Positions 37,971 to 50,225 of a stretch of 64,000 nucleotides of DNA are shown piece by piece. Made by a program: the position numbers and the translations under genes. This DNA is from Dendrobates tinctorius (lineage: Eukaryota): positions 682,001-746,000 of the forward strand of contig NW_027361780.1 of the NCBI RefSeq assembly GCF_039654945.1. Reading direction: 5' to 3'. The number at the start of each line of letters is the position of its first letter. Positions within the stretch are counted from its first letter, which is position 1. The notes under the pieces were generated by a model. It was not told where the DNA came from. It ran no database searches and saw only the letters and a list, made by a program, of their open reading frames with translations.

Positions 37971-38945
37971 GGTATTGTTAAAAATAAATAATAGAGCCCC
38001 AGAAATCAAACAAGGATATATATGGTTTTGCATCTTCATGAATACTTCCTGTTTTTCCTTTTAATTTCACTGGAAAGCTCTATAATCAAATTACAAAGAA
38101 AATAATAGTTTTTGTGGGCTAATCTAATTAACAGCTTTATCAGCATTGTTCAGTGTAGCTATATTTAATTCCTGTGATGCACTGCTGTTTTAAGTTTGCT
38201 TTATTTTAGGTTGAATTTTCTTCCAGCTGTCATGTTTCTGCTCACTGTCCTACAATGCCCCTGATAGTCTGCTCTCTCGGAGCTCTTGTATTCCCCACAG
38301 CCTGGGCCTGCAGCACATTTCACTGCTCTTGCGCACCACAGGATTGTGGGAATCCAGATTCTGCTACTGCTAATATATATCCCTGCTGCAGTGACCAAAT
38401 ATTGGAACTGTCATAATGCATTTAGGCCCATTTCTGCTTGGAAAAGGCTATGAACCTACATGAAAATACAGGTGGTGACATTTCAAGCCAAGAAATAAGT
38501 TTTAGAATCTTGAAATAAGTTTCAAGATTTAAGTTCAGGTTTAGGAATAAGGCTTCAAGGCTGTTCTAATGCCAAACAGTATAATGTCGACTCAGGAGAA
38601 AACTAATGTTGGATGGAAAAATATTACATATTAGTAATCTATAGTACAATTTTCTGTCTGTATTTCTGTTATAAATTGTAGCGATAATTTATTATTGTTG
38701 CTTAGAAGATATTGTATGTTTAGAGGATACTTAATTTACAATTGGGAGTGTTGCGCTCACAAATTAAGCCTGCCCATACTATCTGTCATTTATGCAACTA
38801 GTACTGTTTTTAACTGTTAATGATGAAGACATAAATTGTGCTACTTCTTTGTCTCTCCACCTATAAATTACTTAAGTACAGATAGTATTGCCTCCTTTTC
38901 ACCACATATATTTTTTTCGTTTCTGAGACTGCTCATACTGAATTA

Positions 38946-39640
38946 CCGTATATACTCGAGTATAAGCCGACCCGAGTATAAGCCAAGACACCTAATTTTG
39001 CCACAGAAAATTGGGTAAGCTTATTGACTCGAGTACAAGCCAGGTATGCATCGTCTCCTCATCCCTGTCCTGCTATGTGTGGCTCCCCCTTTCCTGTCCT
39101 GCTGTGTGTGGCTCCCCCTGTCCTGTCCTGCTGTGTGTGGCTCCCCCTGTCCTGTCCTGCTCTGTGTGGCTTCCGCTGTCCTGTCCTGCTCTGTTTGGCT
39201 CGCCCTGTCCTGTCCTGCTCTGTGTGGCTTCCTCTGTCCTGTCCTGCTCTGTGTGGCTCCCCCTGTTGTATGCATGGCTTCCCTGATTCCCTCATTGTAT
39301 GCATGACTCCCCCCTTCCATCTTATATGCATGGCTCGACTCCCCCCATCCGATCAATGTATTCATGGCTGGGCTCCTCCATCCCATCCTTCTATGCATGA
39401 CTCGGCTCAGCTCCCCATCCTCCTCACCTTCCTCGCGCTTTAGCTGTACCTCGCTGCCTCTCCGTTGTCCCGGCGTGGCAGCTCTTCCTGTGCTCAGCGG
39501 TCACGTGGTGCCGTTCATTAAGGTTATGAATATGCACTCCATGCCTATGGGAGTAGAGACGCATGCATATTCATTACCTTAATGAGCGGTACCATGTGAC
39601 TGCTCAGCACAGGGGAAGAGCTGTCGTGCCAGGACAACGG
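38946..39640. mobile_element. pogo/Tc2-like MITE copy 2, right end lost, with a minisatellite of about 30 bp
   Basis: TA-CCGTATATACTCGAGTATAAGCCGACC, a CCTGTCCTGCTCTGTGTGGCTCCCCCTGT array and a related palindromic core. Confidence 0.75.
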
Positions 39641-40048
39641 CACTGACTCTCTGTCTCTCTGTAAGTAGTGTGAATACTGCTATGTCCTCATTTATGGTCA
39701 CACATAAGTAAGCATTTGAACCAGGTCTTTAAACTGCAAAAAAAAATGATTATGAATTCTGCTTTCCTTTTATTAACATCACAGATTTGTATGTAACTGG
39801 TAAAATTATGAAGGAGGACTGAGCATATCCATTAACGCCTTTAGGAACAGGTCAGTTGTGGCCTTTAAAGACCTGAACATCATTTTTCCATTTTGCCTTA
39901 TACTTTGCCCCATTACTGTTTGCACTTAATCGTTTAACTCTTTCGCGACAGAGTCTGTTTTCACCTTTGTGACCGGGCCAATTTTGGGAAGTCTGACCAG
40001 TGTCACTCTATGAGGTAATTACTCTGGAATGCTTCAACGTATCTCATT

Positions 40049-40204
40049 GTAGATTGTAAGCTCACATGAGCAGGGTTGTTTTATTTTGCTTTAATCATTA
40101 TATTATTGTTAAAATTGTTACTTATGACTGTTGTGTTTTAAACTGTTTAACTGTAAAGCTTTGTGGAGTATGTTGGTGCTGTATAAATAAAGATTATTAT
40201 TATT
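40049..40204 (+). mobile_element. L2-clade LINE/SINE 3' end
   Basis: TAGATTGTAAGCTC...CTGTAAAGC..GGAGTATGTTGGTGCTGTATAAATAAAG(ATT)n. Confidence 0.65.
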
Positions 40205-41852
40205 TTCTCAGTGGCTCTGAGAATATTTTTTTGTGACATATTGTACTTCAGGTTATTTGTAATTTTTTTTTATATACTGTAACTTGCGTTTATTTCTGAA
40301 AATATCAGAAATTTGGTGAATATTTTTCAAAATTTCACAATTTTCAAACTTTTAACCTTTATGCCCATGAATCAGAGTTAAGTCGCACAAAATAGTTCAT
40401 AAATAACATTTCCCACATGTCTACTTTACATCAGCACAATTTTTTAACAAAATTTTTTTGTTACGAAGTTAGAAGGGTTAAAAGTCGATCAACATTTTCT
40501 CATTTTTTCATAAAATTAAAAAAAACTTTTTTTAGGGACCACAGCACATTTGAAGTGTCTTTGAGGGGCCTATATGACAGAAAATACCCAAAAGTGACAC
40601 CATTTTAAAATATGCACCCCTCAAGGTGCTCAAAACCACATTAAGGAAGTTTTTTTAACCCTTCAGGTGCTTCACAGGAATTAATGGAATGTGGAAGGAA
40701 AAAATAAACATTTAACTTTTTCTCACAAAAATGTTACTTTAGCGCCAAATTTTTCAATTTCACAAGGGTAACAGGAGAAAATGCACCATAAAACTTGTGT
40801 GATTTCTTCTGAGTGTTCCAATATCCCATATGTGGTTGAAAACTACTGCTTGGGTGCTTGGAAGGGTTAGGAAGGGAAGACGCACCATTTTAGTTTTTGA
40901 AAGCGAAATTAGCTGGAATCGATAGCGGATGCCATGTCGCGTTTGCAGGGCCCCTGATGTGCCTAAACAGTGAAAATCTCCAACAAATTACTCCATATTG
41001 GAAACTAGACCCCTCAAGGAATTTATCTAGATGTGTGGTGAGCACCTTGAACACTCTGGGGCTTCACACAATTTTATAATGTTGAGCTGTGAAAGTTTAT
41101 AAACACATTTTTTTCAGAAAAATGCTATTTTATCTGCAAATATTTTACTTTCACAAGGGTAGCAAGAAAAAATAGACCCCAGCATTTGTTGTGCAATTTC
41201 TCCTGTGTACGCTAATACCACATATGTGGAGGAAAATTACTCTTTGGGCACACGGCAGGGCTTAGAAAGGACAGAGCACCATTTGACTCTTGGAATACAA
41301 AATTTTCTTCAGTCAATAGCCGACACCATGTCCTGTTTGGAGAGCCTCTGAGGTGCCTAACCAGTGGAAACCCCCCACAAGTGACCCCATTTTGGAAACT
41401 AGACTCCTCAAGGACTTTAACTCGATGTGTGGTGAGCATCTTAAAACCCCAGATTCTTCACAGAAATGCATAACGTATAACGCTGAGCCGTGAAAATAAA
41501 AAATCAAATTTTTCCCACATAAATGTTGTTATGGCCCCAATTTTTTTTTATTTTCACAAGGGTAACAATAGAAAATAAATGCCAAAATTTGTTGTGCAAT
41601 TTTTCCAAAGTATGCAGGTATATTTGTTGGAAAATGACTGCTTGGGTGTATCATAGGGCTGGAAGGGAAATGAGCGCTATTTTGTCTGGAATAGGTTGCG
41701 GATTCCTTGCCACATTTGAAGAGCTAATGACATGCCAAAACAGCAAAAACTGTCACAGGTGATCCCATTTTGTAAACTACACCTCTCATGGAATTAAACT
41801 AGGGAGGTAGTGAGTATCCTTAACCCTCAGGTGATTCACAGACTTGTATAAC

Positions 41853-42418
41853 TGTCACGCACAGTGTCAAAAGTCTAACTGCCACACAACAAGAAGAGGG
41901 GAAGGAAGCCCAAACGCTAGGGAAAGGGGGAGTGGAAACGCCAAGGTAGATCTAATAGCAACCATCCTCCTCTACCATCCCTATATTGGTTCCACACCAA
42001 TTGTCGAGCAGAAACCTAAGTCCTGGATATCCCTAGAGCTAGGCCCTGAATAGGGAAGGGGGGATGAGACTGGTCAGTCCCAACTGAGCACTAAAAATAA
42101 GCAGGGAGACACACAAGGGAAGCAACTTAACTTGAGCAGACTCCGGAGAGATAACACCAAATATCCTCCAACAGCGCCAGAGAGGAAGTAAGCTCCAAGT
42201 CTTCACAAGGGGAAAATGTGACTATCACCAGCGACTCCCTGAAGCAGACTAGGAGTCTATAAACACCCAGGTCCAAGTGTGTCAATTAGAGCCGGAGGGA
42301 GGTTTCCACTGGGTACAAAAGTCAGAAGAATTAAGAAGGCATCTGCAATGCCAAATGCAGAGAACTTCTGCAGTCAGACGTAGAGCGACTGTCTATAGCA
42401 TCTGACACACCTGTGACA
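41853..42418. mobile_element. Solo LTR
   Basis: TGTCAC...GTGACA termini, 5-bp TSD ATAAC. Confidence 0.82.
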
Positions 42419-43053
42419 ATAACATTGGGCAGAGTAAATTAAATATTACTATTTTTTCCATTAAAACATTGCTTTGACACAAAGTTTATAATTTTCAAAA
42501 GGGGTAATAGGAGATAATGAACAGTACAATTTGTTATACAATTTATCCTGAGTACATCAATACTCCATAAGTGGTCGAAAACTACTTTAAGGCACAGTGC
42601 AAAATTCTATGGGAAGACGTGCTATATTACCATGAAGATTTTGCTGCACTGGTTAGAAGGGGCCATGTCACATTATCAGAGCCCCTTGGGTTCCAGAACA
42701 GCAGAAACCCACATAGGTGACCCCATTTTACAAACTATCCCTATCAATTAGTTCATCTAGGGGTGCAGTGATCATATTGACACCACATGGGGGTCACATA
42801 ATTTTATACCATTGGGCAATGAAGAAATGAAAATTACGTTTTTACTACAAAAAAATTGTTTTAGCCCCAGAATTTACATTTTCTCATGGTGAAATGGGTC
42901 AAAATGGTGCCAAAATGTGTCATTCAATCACTCAATTTCTGCTGAAATTGGCAATAGCCCATATGTGGCTGTACAGTACTGATAAGCCACACAGCGAGAC
43001 TCGGGAGGGATGGAGCACTATTTTACTCTTGAAGAACAAATTATTCTAGAATA

Positions 43054-44280
43054 CGTATATACTCGTGTATAAGCCGACCCCCCTAATTTTGTCACAAAAG
43101 CTGGAAAAACGTATTGACTTGCGTATAAGCCTAAGGTGCACAGTGAGTGGCCCCAGTTATGCTGCACAGTGAGTGGCCCCAGATAATGCTGCACAGTGAG
43201 TGGCCCCAGATAATGCTGCACAGTGAGTGGCCCCAGTTTGGCTGCACAGTGAGTGGCCCCAGATAATGCTGCACAGTGAGTGGCCCCAGATAATGCTGCA
43301 CATTGAGTGGCCCCAGTTTTGCTGCACAGTTAGTGGCCCCAGATAATGCTGCACAGTGAGTGGCCCCAGTTTTGCTGCACAGTGAGTGGCCCCAGATAAT
43401 GAGGACAGTGAGTGGTCCCAGATAATACTGCACAGTGAGTGGCCCCAGTTTTGCTGCACAGTGAGTGGCCCCAGATAACGAGGACAGTGAGTTGTCCCAG
43501 ATAATGCTGCACAGTGAGTGGCCCCAGTTTTGCTGCACAGTGAGTGGCCCCAGATAATGAGGACAGTGAGTGGCCCCAGATAATGCTGCACAGTGTGTGG
43601 CCCCAGATAATGCTGCACAATGAGTGGCCCAATTTTACTGCACAGTGTGTGGCCCCAGATAATGAGGACAGTGAGTGGCCCCATCATGCTGCTGCTGCCG
43701 CTGCCTCCGTTACAAAAAAAAAAAAACTGTATACTCACCTCGGTCGCTGCCCCCTGCTCATCAGCATTGCCGGCTCTGCAGTGACTGTTCAGGCAGAGGG
43801 CGCGTACTGACTACATCAATTCGCCCTCTTACCTGAATGTCACTGCAGAGGATGCAAGACAGCAGAGCGATGCGCAGTGACAGGTGAATATGGCTCCCCC
43901 CGTTCATACTCACCCCCTCCTGATGCTTGTCTCTGCAGCGCAGCCCCCCTGCTTGTTCCATGTTCTCGGCGCCGCTGTTCTTCCTGCTTCAGTGGTCACA
44001 TGGTACCGCTCATTAAAGTCATGTATATGCGCATATTCATGACTTTAATGAGCGGTACCACGTGACCGCTGAAGCAAGAAGAGCAGGGGTGCCGAGAACA
44101 TGGAACAAGCAGGGGGGCTCCAGAGACGAGCCAGGAGGGGGTGAGTATCATCTTTGACACCCCCCGCTCCCCCTCCCCCCGCCGATCCCCCACGGTATAT
44201 GACTCGCATATAAGCCGAGAGGGGGACTTTCAGCCCAAAAAATGGGCTGAAATTCTTAGCTTATACACGAGTATATACGG
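43054..44280. mobile_element. pogo/Tc2-like MITE copy 3, with a 26/27-bp minisatellite
   Basis: TA-CGTATATACTCGTGTATAAGCCG...GCTTATACACGAGTATATACGG-TA. CACAGTGAGTGGCCCCAGATAATGCTG array at 43138-43682. Confidence 0.82.
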
Positions 44281-46304
44281 TAGTTTGTGGTCTCCATATA
44301 TAGAGCCCCTAAATGCCAAAAGAGCAGAATACCCCCTCAAGTGACCCAATTTTGGAAATTACACCCCTTTGGGAATTTATCTACAGAAGGAGTGAAGATT
44401 TTGACTCCATAAGTGGTTTCCAGAAACAAGCAGCATTGGATGTTGCTGAGTGAAAATTGCAAATTGCCATTGTAGTGACCCGCATGTTGTAGTGACCAGT
44501 ATGCTATGTGCAGCTCGTGTTTCTGGAGACATGTACCCTTAAATGAGGCAGGCTCTCATCGCTACAGAAATGCCAAACATTTTGTTTAGGCACACTGTCG
44601 GGTTCAGAAGGGAGGAGGGCATTTGGATTTGGGAATGTAGATTTTGATGGATTTCTTTTGGGTGGCGAGGAGCTATAGTGCTTTTACAGAGCCTTTGCAC
44701 TACCAGTTATGTGGAAGCCCCCTTTATTTCCGTTAACAGGTGACAGACCTGAGTGGGGGACTTGCTTTTTTGTGGATTGTGTTGATGCTTTTATTGAGAA
44801 CATTTTGCATAAAATCTGGTATCACTCTACGCTGATCAATTACATTGGGGTTTCCATCTAAATCTCTGAGTGACGTGATTCAGATGAAACCGCCGAGTGT
44901 TCCATTCACTATAATGAGGCAGCAGTTACTCTGGACTCCATCTTGCCTCTGTTCAACACGGTCCTTCTTTTCAGAGGTGCACAAAACTGCCAGACCAGGC
45001 TTTTATGCAAGACTAAAAAGACAGACACCGCCGGATCACAGGTCAGATGGCGTCCACATTGCCTCATTATAGGGAATTTTCCACCAGGGGTTCCGTCCGA
45101 ATCACATATTTCAGAGATTTACATGGAAACCCCGAGGTAAGCCCTCAGCATTGAGCGCAGAATAAATGTGCGCAGAGCCTTACTGCGATCTTTGTTAGAC
45201 AAAATGAGCAATTCAACCACAGATGAAAAATTGGCTTTATTTATTTTTTATCACCGTTCCTCATGCAGTATAAGTGATTTAGACAACTTTATTCTTTGGG
45301 TCGGTGCGATTACAACAATACCAAATTTATGTTGGGTTTTCATGTTTGGCTGCTGTCACACACTAAACAACACTTTTTTTACAAAAACAGGTTTTTGCAT
45401 CACCATATTTTGAGAGCTATAATTTTTACATATTTCTGCCCACAGAGTCATGTGAGGGCTTATTTTTTTGCGGAACAAGTTGACTTTTATATTGGTACCA
45501 TTTTTCGGCACATGACATTTTTTGATCGCTTTCTGTTCCAATTTATGGGAGGTAAAATGAATAAAAACCAGCAATTTGCTGTTCCGCGTGTGTTAAAACT
45601 GATAAGGCAGCTTTAGTCTGTGAGTCAGTATGATTACAGCGATACTACTTTTATATCTTTTTTTTAATGTTTTGCTGGCTTTTACACAATAAAAAGTATT
45701 TAATAGAAAAAAGAATTGCTTTGTGTCGCTTTATTCTGAGATCTATAACTTTTTATTTTTCCGCTGTTGGAGCTGTATGGCAGCTTGCTTTTTGCAGGAC
45801 AAAATTTTTAATAGTTTTAAAACATTTTAACCTTTTTTTACTTTTTTACTTAGTCCTTGTATGGGACTTTGATTTTTATTTCTCTGATCACTGGTCTCAT
45901 GCTCTGCAATACACATGTATTGCATTGCATGACACCTGACAGTTTTACACTGGGGGTTAATTAAGGGTGGGAGTTCATACAGTAATTAAGGGTTTATAAG
46001 GGGCAGCTGGTTGGGGCTCAACTCCTTTTGGAAGTGCATTGAGCAGCAAGGTGGTGTGCTGGTAAAAGGGGGAAAAAAAAAAAAAAAAACTCTTTTAAAT
46101 CTTCCTGAGCGAGTGTGAACGAACTGAGTGTGACCTGAGTGTAAGTGCGAACTGTGGTAAGTGTGTGACTTGAGATTCAGTGACTTTAGATTCAGGGAGA
46201 TTCCAAGGGAGGTCTTACTGAATTGCTGTTATATTAATACTTTTTTTTTTTTTTTAATTAATTTATTTTTGCTTATCTTATTGTCTGGTGCAATCCCCAT
46301 TAGG

Positions 46305-47288
46305 ATGTGCTCCACTATTGCCAATGCCATCCAGTGCACGTCTTGCCGCATGTATGAAATCCTTGAACAGCCGGTCGAGGGTGCATACTGCTGTGCAAGA
46401 TGTGAGCACGTTGTGCATTTGGAAGCCCAGATACTGGATCTAAATGTGCAGCTGGCAACACTGAGATCCATAGACAATATGGAAAGGAGTCTTCTGCTCA
46501 CTGAGCAGACGCTCAATGGGATAGATGAGGGGGGGGATGCTAGGTTGGAGCTGCAGGACAATGAAGCAGCTAGCTGGGTGACAGTTAGAAGGCGGGGTAG
46601 AGGGAAGAGCACCAGGGAGGCTAGTCCTGATCTGGCACACCCCAATAAGTTTGCTAAGTTGGCAGATGAGGGGAGTGTTAGTGCAGGAGTAGCACTGCTG
46701 CAGCAAGGCATGTCCTCTGAAAGCCGGAGGAGTGTCTGCTCCAGTAAGGGGGGAAATAGGAGAGCAGGGCAGGCCAGACAGGTTCTGGTAGTGGGAGACT
46801 CAATTATTAGGGGAACAGATAGGGCAATCTGTCACAAAGACAGGGATCGTCGAACGGTGTGCTGCCTACCTGGCGCTCGAGTCCGACACATCGCTGATCG
46901 GGTTGACAGATTACTGGGAGGGGCTGGAGAGGATCCAGCAGTCATGGTGCACATTGGCACAAATGACAAAGTTAGAGGTAGGTGGAAGGTCCTTAAAGAT
47001 GATTTCAGGGAATTAGGCTGTAAGCTTAAAGCAAGGACCTCCAAGGTGGTATTTTCGGAAATACTTCCTGTACCACGTGCCACGCCAGAGAGGCAACGGG
47101 AGATTAGGGAGGTTAATAAGTGGCTCAGGAATTGGTGTAGGAAGGAGGGGTTTGGGTTCCTGCAGAACTGGGCCGACTTCTCAGTTGGCTACAGGTTCTA
47201 CGCTAGGGACGGGCTGCACCTCAATGGGGAGGGTGCAGCTGTGCTGGGTGAGAAAATGGCTAGAAGGTTGGAGGAGTGTTTAAACTAG
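46305..47288 (+). CDS. CR1 ORF1p: C4 zinc finger, coiled coil and SGNH esterase domain (327 aa)
   Basis: CTSC..CARC, heptad-leucine stretch, VVGDSI, CLPGARV, HIGTND, RDGLHL. First ATG at 46305. Confidence 0.92.
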   Translation: MCSTIANAIQCTSCRMYEILEQPVEGAYCCARCEHVVHLEAQILDLNVQLATLRSIDNMERSLLLTEQTLNGIDEGGDARLELQDNEAASWVTVRRRGRGKSTREASPDLAHPNKFAKLADEGSVSAGVALLQQGMSSESRRSVCSSKGGNRRAGQARQVLVVGDSIIRGTDRAICHKDRDRRTVCCLPGARVRHIADRVDRLLGGAGEDPAVMVHIGTNDKVRGRWKVLKDDFRELGCKLKARTSKVVFSEILPVPRATPERQREIREVNKWLRNWCRKEGFGFLQNWADFSVGYRFYARDGLHLNGEGAAVLGEKMARRLEECLN

Positions 47289-47447
47289 GGACGGGGGGGA
47301 GGGTATTCCTTTTATAGGAGGGGAAGACAGTGCAGATAGAGTCCTGGGCACAAATAATGACATTAGGGGTGGAGGTGGCATGGGGGTGGGGTTAGAACAG
47401 TTAATAATTTAAGAAAGAATAGAGGTACAGAGAGATACATAAAGTGC

Positions 47448-50225
47448 ATGTATACTAATGCCAGAAGTCTCGCCAACAAAATGGAGGAATTGGAGTTAAT
47501 GTTGTTGGAACATAATTATGACATGGTGGGGATATCTGAGACATGGCTGGATGAGAGCCATGACTGGGCTGTTAATTTACAGGGCTATAGTCTGTTCAGA
47601 AATGACCGTACAAATAAGCGAGGGGGAGGCGTGTGTTTATATGTAAAATCATCCTTAAAACCCATCCTTCGTGATAATATATATGAATCTAATGAAAATG
47701 TAGAGTCCCTGTGGGTAGAGATAAGGGGAGGGGGGAAAAATAATAAATTACTGATAGGGGTTTGTTATAAATCTCCAAAAATAATGGAAGCTACAGAGAA
47801 TATCCTCATAAAGCAAATAGATGAAGCAGCGACTCAAGGAGAAGTCATTATTATGGGGGACTTCAACTACCCTGAAATACATTGGGGAACCGAAACCTGC
47901 AGTTCCAGCAAAGGTAATAGGTTTCTGACAACGATGAGAGACAATTACCTTTCACAACTGGTTCAGGACCCAACAAGAGGGGGGGCACTGCTAGACCTAA
48001 TATTAACCAACAGGCCAGACCGCATATCAAATGTAAGGGTTGAGGGTCACTTGGGTAATAGTGATCACAAATTAATAAGTTTTCATGTATCCTTTAATAA
48101 GATGTGTAGTAGAGGGGTTACAAGGACACTAAACTTCAGGAAGGCAAATTTCCAACGGATGAGAGATGATCTTGGTGCAATTAACTGGGACGATATCCTG
48201 AGACATAAAAATACACAAAGAAAATGGGAGACATTTATTAGCATCCTGAATAGGACCTGTGAACAATATATACCGTATGGGAATAAACATGCGAGAAATA
48301 GGAGGAAACCACTATGGCTAAATAGAGCTGTAAGGGGCGCAATAAGAGATAAAAATAAAGCATTTAGAGAATTAAAGCAAGTAGGTAGTGATGAGGCATT
48401 AAATAAATACAGAAGATTAAATAAATTCTGTAAAAAGCAAATCAAGACAGCAAAGATTGAGACAGAGAGACTCATTGCCAGAGAAAGTAAAAATAATCCC
48501 AAAATATTCTTTAACTACATAAATAGTAAGAAGCTAAAAAATGATAGTGTTGGTCCCCTTAAAAATAGTCTGGGTGAAATGGTGGATGAGGATGAGGAAA
48601 AAGCCAATATGCTAAATGACTTTTTTTCAACAGTATTTACACAAGAAAATCCCATGACGGATAACATGATCAGGGATAAAAATTCTCCATTAAATGTCAC
48701 CTGCTTAACCCAGCAGGAAGTACGGCGGCGTCTACAAATCACTAAAATTGACAAATCCCCGGGCCCGGATGGGATACACCCCCGAGTACTGCAGGAATTA
48801 AGCACAGTCATAGATAGACCACTATTTTTAATCTTTAAAGATTCCATAATAACAGGGTCTGTACCACAGGACTGGCGTATAGCAAATGTGGTGCCAATAT
48901 TCAAAAAGGGGACAAAAACTGAACTTGGAAATTATAGGCCAGTAAGTTTAACCTCAACTGTGGGTAAAATCCTGGAGGGTTTTCTAAGAGATACTATACT
49001 GGAGTATCTGGAGAAGAATAACCTTATTACCCAATATCAACATGGGTTTACAAGAGACCGTTCCTGTCAGACTAATCTGATAAGCTTTTATGAAGAGGTA
49101 AGTTCCGGACTGGACCAAGGGAATGCAGTGGACGTGGTGTACATGGACTTTTCAAAAGCTTTTGATACGGTGCCACACAAAAGGTTGATACATAAAATGA
49201 GAACAATGGGGATAGGGGAAAATATGTGTAGGTGGGTTAAGAGCTGGCTCAGGGATAGGAAACAAAGGGTGGTTATTAATGGAGCACACTTGGACTGGGT
49301 CACGGTTAGCAGTGGGGTACCACAGGGGTCAGTTTTGGGCCCGCTTCTTTTTAACATATTTATTAATGACCTTGTAGGGGGCATAGAGAGTAGAATTTCA
49401 ATATTTGCAGATGACACTAAACTCTGCAGGGTAATTAATACAGAGGAGGACAATTTTATATTACAGGAGGATTTATGTAAACTAGAAGCTTGGGCTGATA
49501 AATGGCAAATGAGCTTTAATTGGGAAAAATGTAAGGTCATGCACTTGGGTAGAACGAACAAGTTGTATAATTATGTGCTTAATTGTAAAACACTGGGCAA
49601 AACAGTCACTGAAAAAGACCTGGGTGTATGGGTGGACGACAAACTCACATTTAGTGGCCAGAGTCAAGCAGCTGCTGCAAAGGCAAATAAAATAATGGGA
49701 TGCATTAAAAGAGGCATAGATGCTCATGAGGAGAACATAATTTTACCTCTATATAAGTCACTAGTGCAACCACACTTAGAATACTGTGTACAGTTCTGGT
49801 CTCCGGTGTATAAGAAAGACATAGCTGAACTGGAGCGGGTGCAGAGAAGAGCGACCAAGGTTATTAGGGAACTAGGGGGTCTGCAATACCAAGACAGGTT
49901 ATTACACTTGGGGTTATTTAGTTTGGAGAATCGAAGGCTTAGGGGTGATCTTATTACAATGTATAAATATATGTGGGGACAATACAAAGACCTTTCTAAT
50001 GATCTTTTTACTCTTAGACCTGTGACGGGTACAAGGGGGCATCCTCTACGTCTGGAGGAAAGAAGGTTTAAGCATACTCACAGACGCGGATTCTTTACTG
50101 TAAGAGCAGTGAGACTATGGAACTCTCTGCCATATGATGTTGTAATGAGTGATTCACTACTAAAATTTAAGAAGGGACTGGATGCCTTTCTTGAAAAGTA
50201 TAATATTACAGGGTATATACATTAG
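47448..50225 (+). CDS. CR1 ORF2p: APE endonuclease and reverse transcriptase (925 aa from first Met)
   Basis: YTNARS, GISETW, MGDFN, LLDL, SDH; KSPGPDG, NYRPVSL, QHGF, DFSKAFD, GVPQGSVLGP, FADD. No stops. Confidence 0.97.
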   Translation: MYTNARSLANKMEELELMLLEHNYDMVGISETWLDESHDWAVNLQGYSLFRNDRTNKRGGGVCLYVKSSLKPILRDNIYESNENVESLWVEIRGGGKNNKLLIGVCYKSPKIMEATENILIKQIDEAATQGEVIIMGDFNYPEIHWGTETCSSSKGNRFLTTMRDNYLSQLVQDPTRGGALLDLILTNRPDRISNVRVEGHLGNSDHKLISFHVSFNKMCSRGVTRTLNFRKANFQRMRDDLGAINWDDILRHKNTQRKWETFISILNRTCEQYIPYGNKHARNRRKPLWLNRAVRGAIRDKNKAFRELKQVGSDEALNKYRRLNKFCKKQIKTAKIETERLIARESKNNPKIFFNYINSKKLKNDSVGPLKNSLGEMVDEDEEKANMLNDFFSTVFTQENPMTDNMIRDKNSPLNVTCLTQQEVRRRLQITKIDKSPGPDGIHPRVLQELSTVIDRPLFLIFKDSIITGSVPQDWRIANVVPIFKKGTKTELGNYRPVSLTSTVGKILEGFLRDTILEYLEKNNLITQYQHGFTRDRSCQTNLISFYEEVSSGLDQGNAVDVVYMDFSKAFDTVPHKRLIHKMRTMGIGENMCRWVKSWLRDRKQRVVINGAHLDWVTVSSGVPQGSVLGPLLFNIFINDLVGGIESRISIFADDTKLCRVINTEEDNFILQEDLCKLEAWADKWQMSFNWEKCKVMHLGRTNKLYNYVLNCKTLGKTVTEKDLGVWVDDKLTFSGQSQAAAAKANKIMGCIKRGIDAHEENIILPLYKSLVQPHLEYCVQFWSPVYKKDIAELERVQRRATKVIRELGGLQYQDRLLHLGLFSLENRRLRGDLITMYKYMWGQYKDLSNDLFTLRPVTGTRGHPLRLEERRFKHTHRRGFFTVRAVRLWNSLPYDVVMSDSLLKFKKGLDAFLEKYNITGYIH

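Larger units (their letters stand above)
40590..44430 (+). repeat. Diverged tandem repeat of about 380-395 bp (about 6 units, interrupted)
   Basis: AAGTGACCCCATTTTGGAAACTAGACCCCTCAAGG-like anchors at about 40592, 40985, 41379, 41757, 42715 and 44339. Confidence 0.75.

Noticed and set aside
39011-43738. Cys/Trp-rich repetitive ORFs resembling keratin-associated proteins
   Set aside because: Translations of minisatellites inside MITEs, open in several frames.
46161-46304. N-terminal hydrophobic extension of CR1 ORF1 in the ORF track
   Set aside because: GTG start reading through a poly-T UTR tract; the plausible start is ATG 46305.
48083-49987. Antisense ORFs within CR1 ORF2
   Set aside because: Shadow frames of the coding strand with no independent signal.
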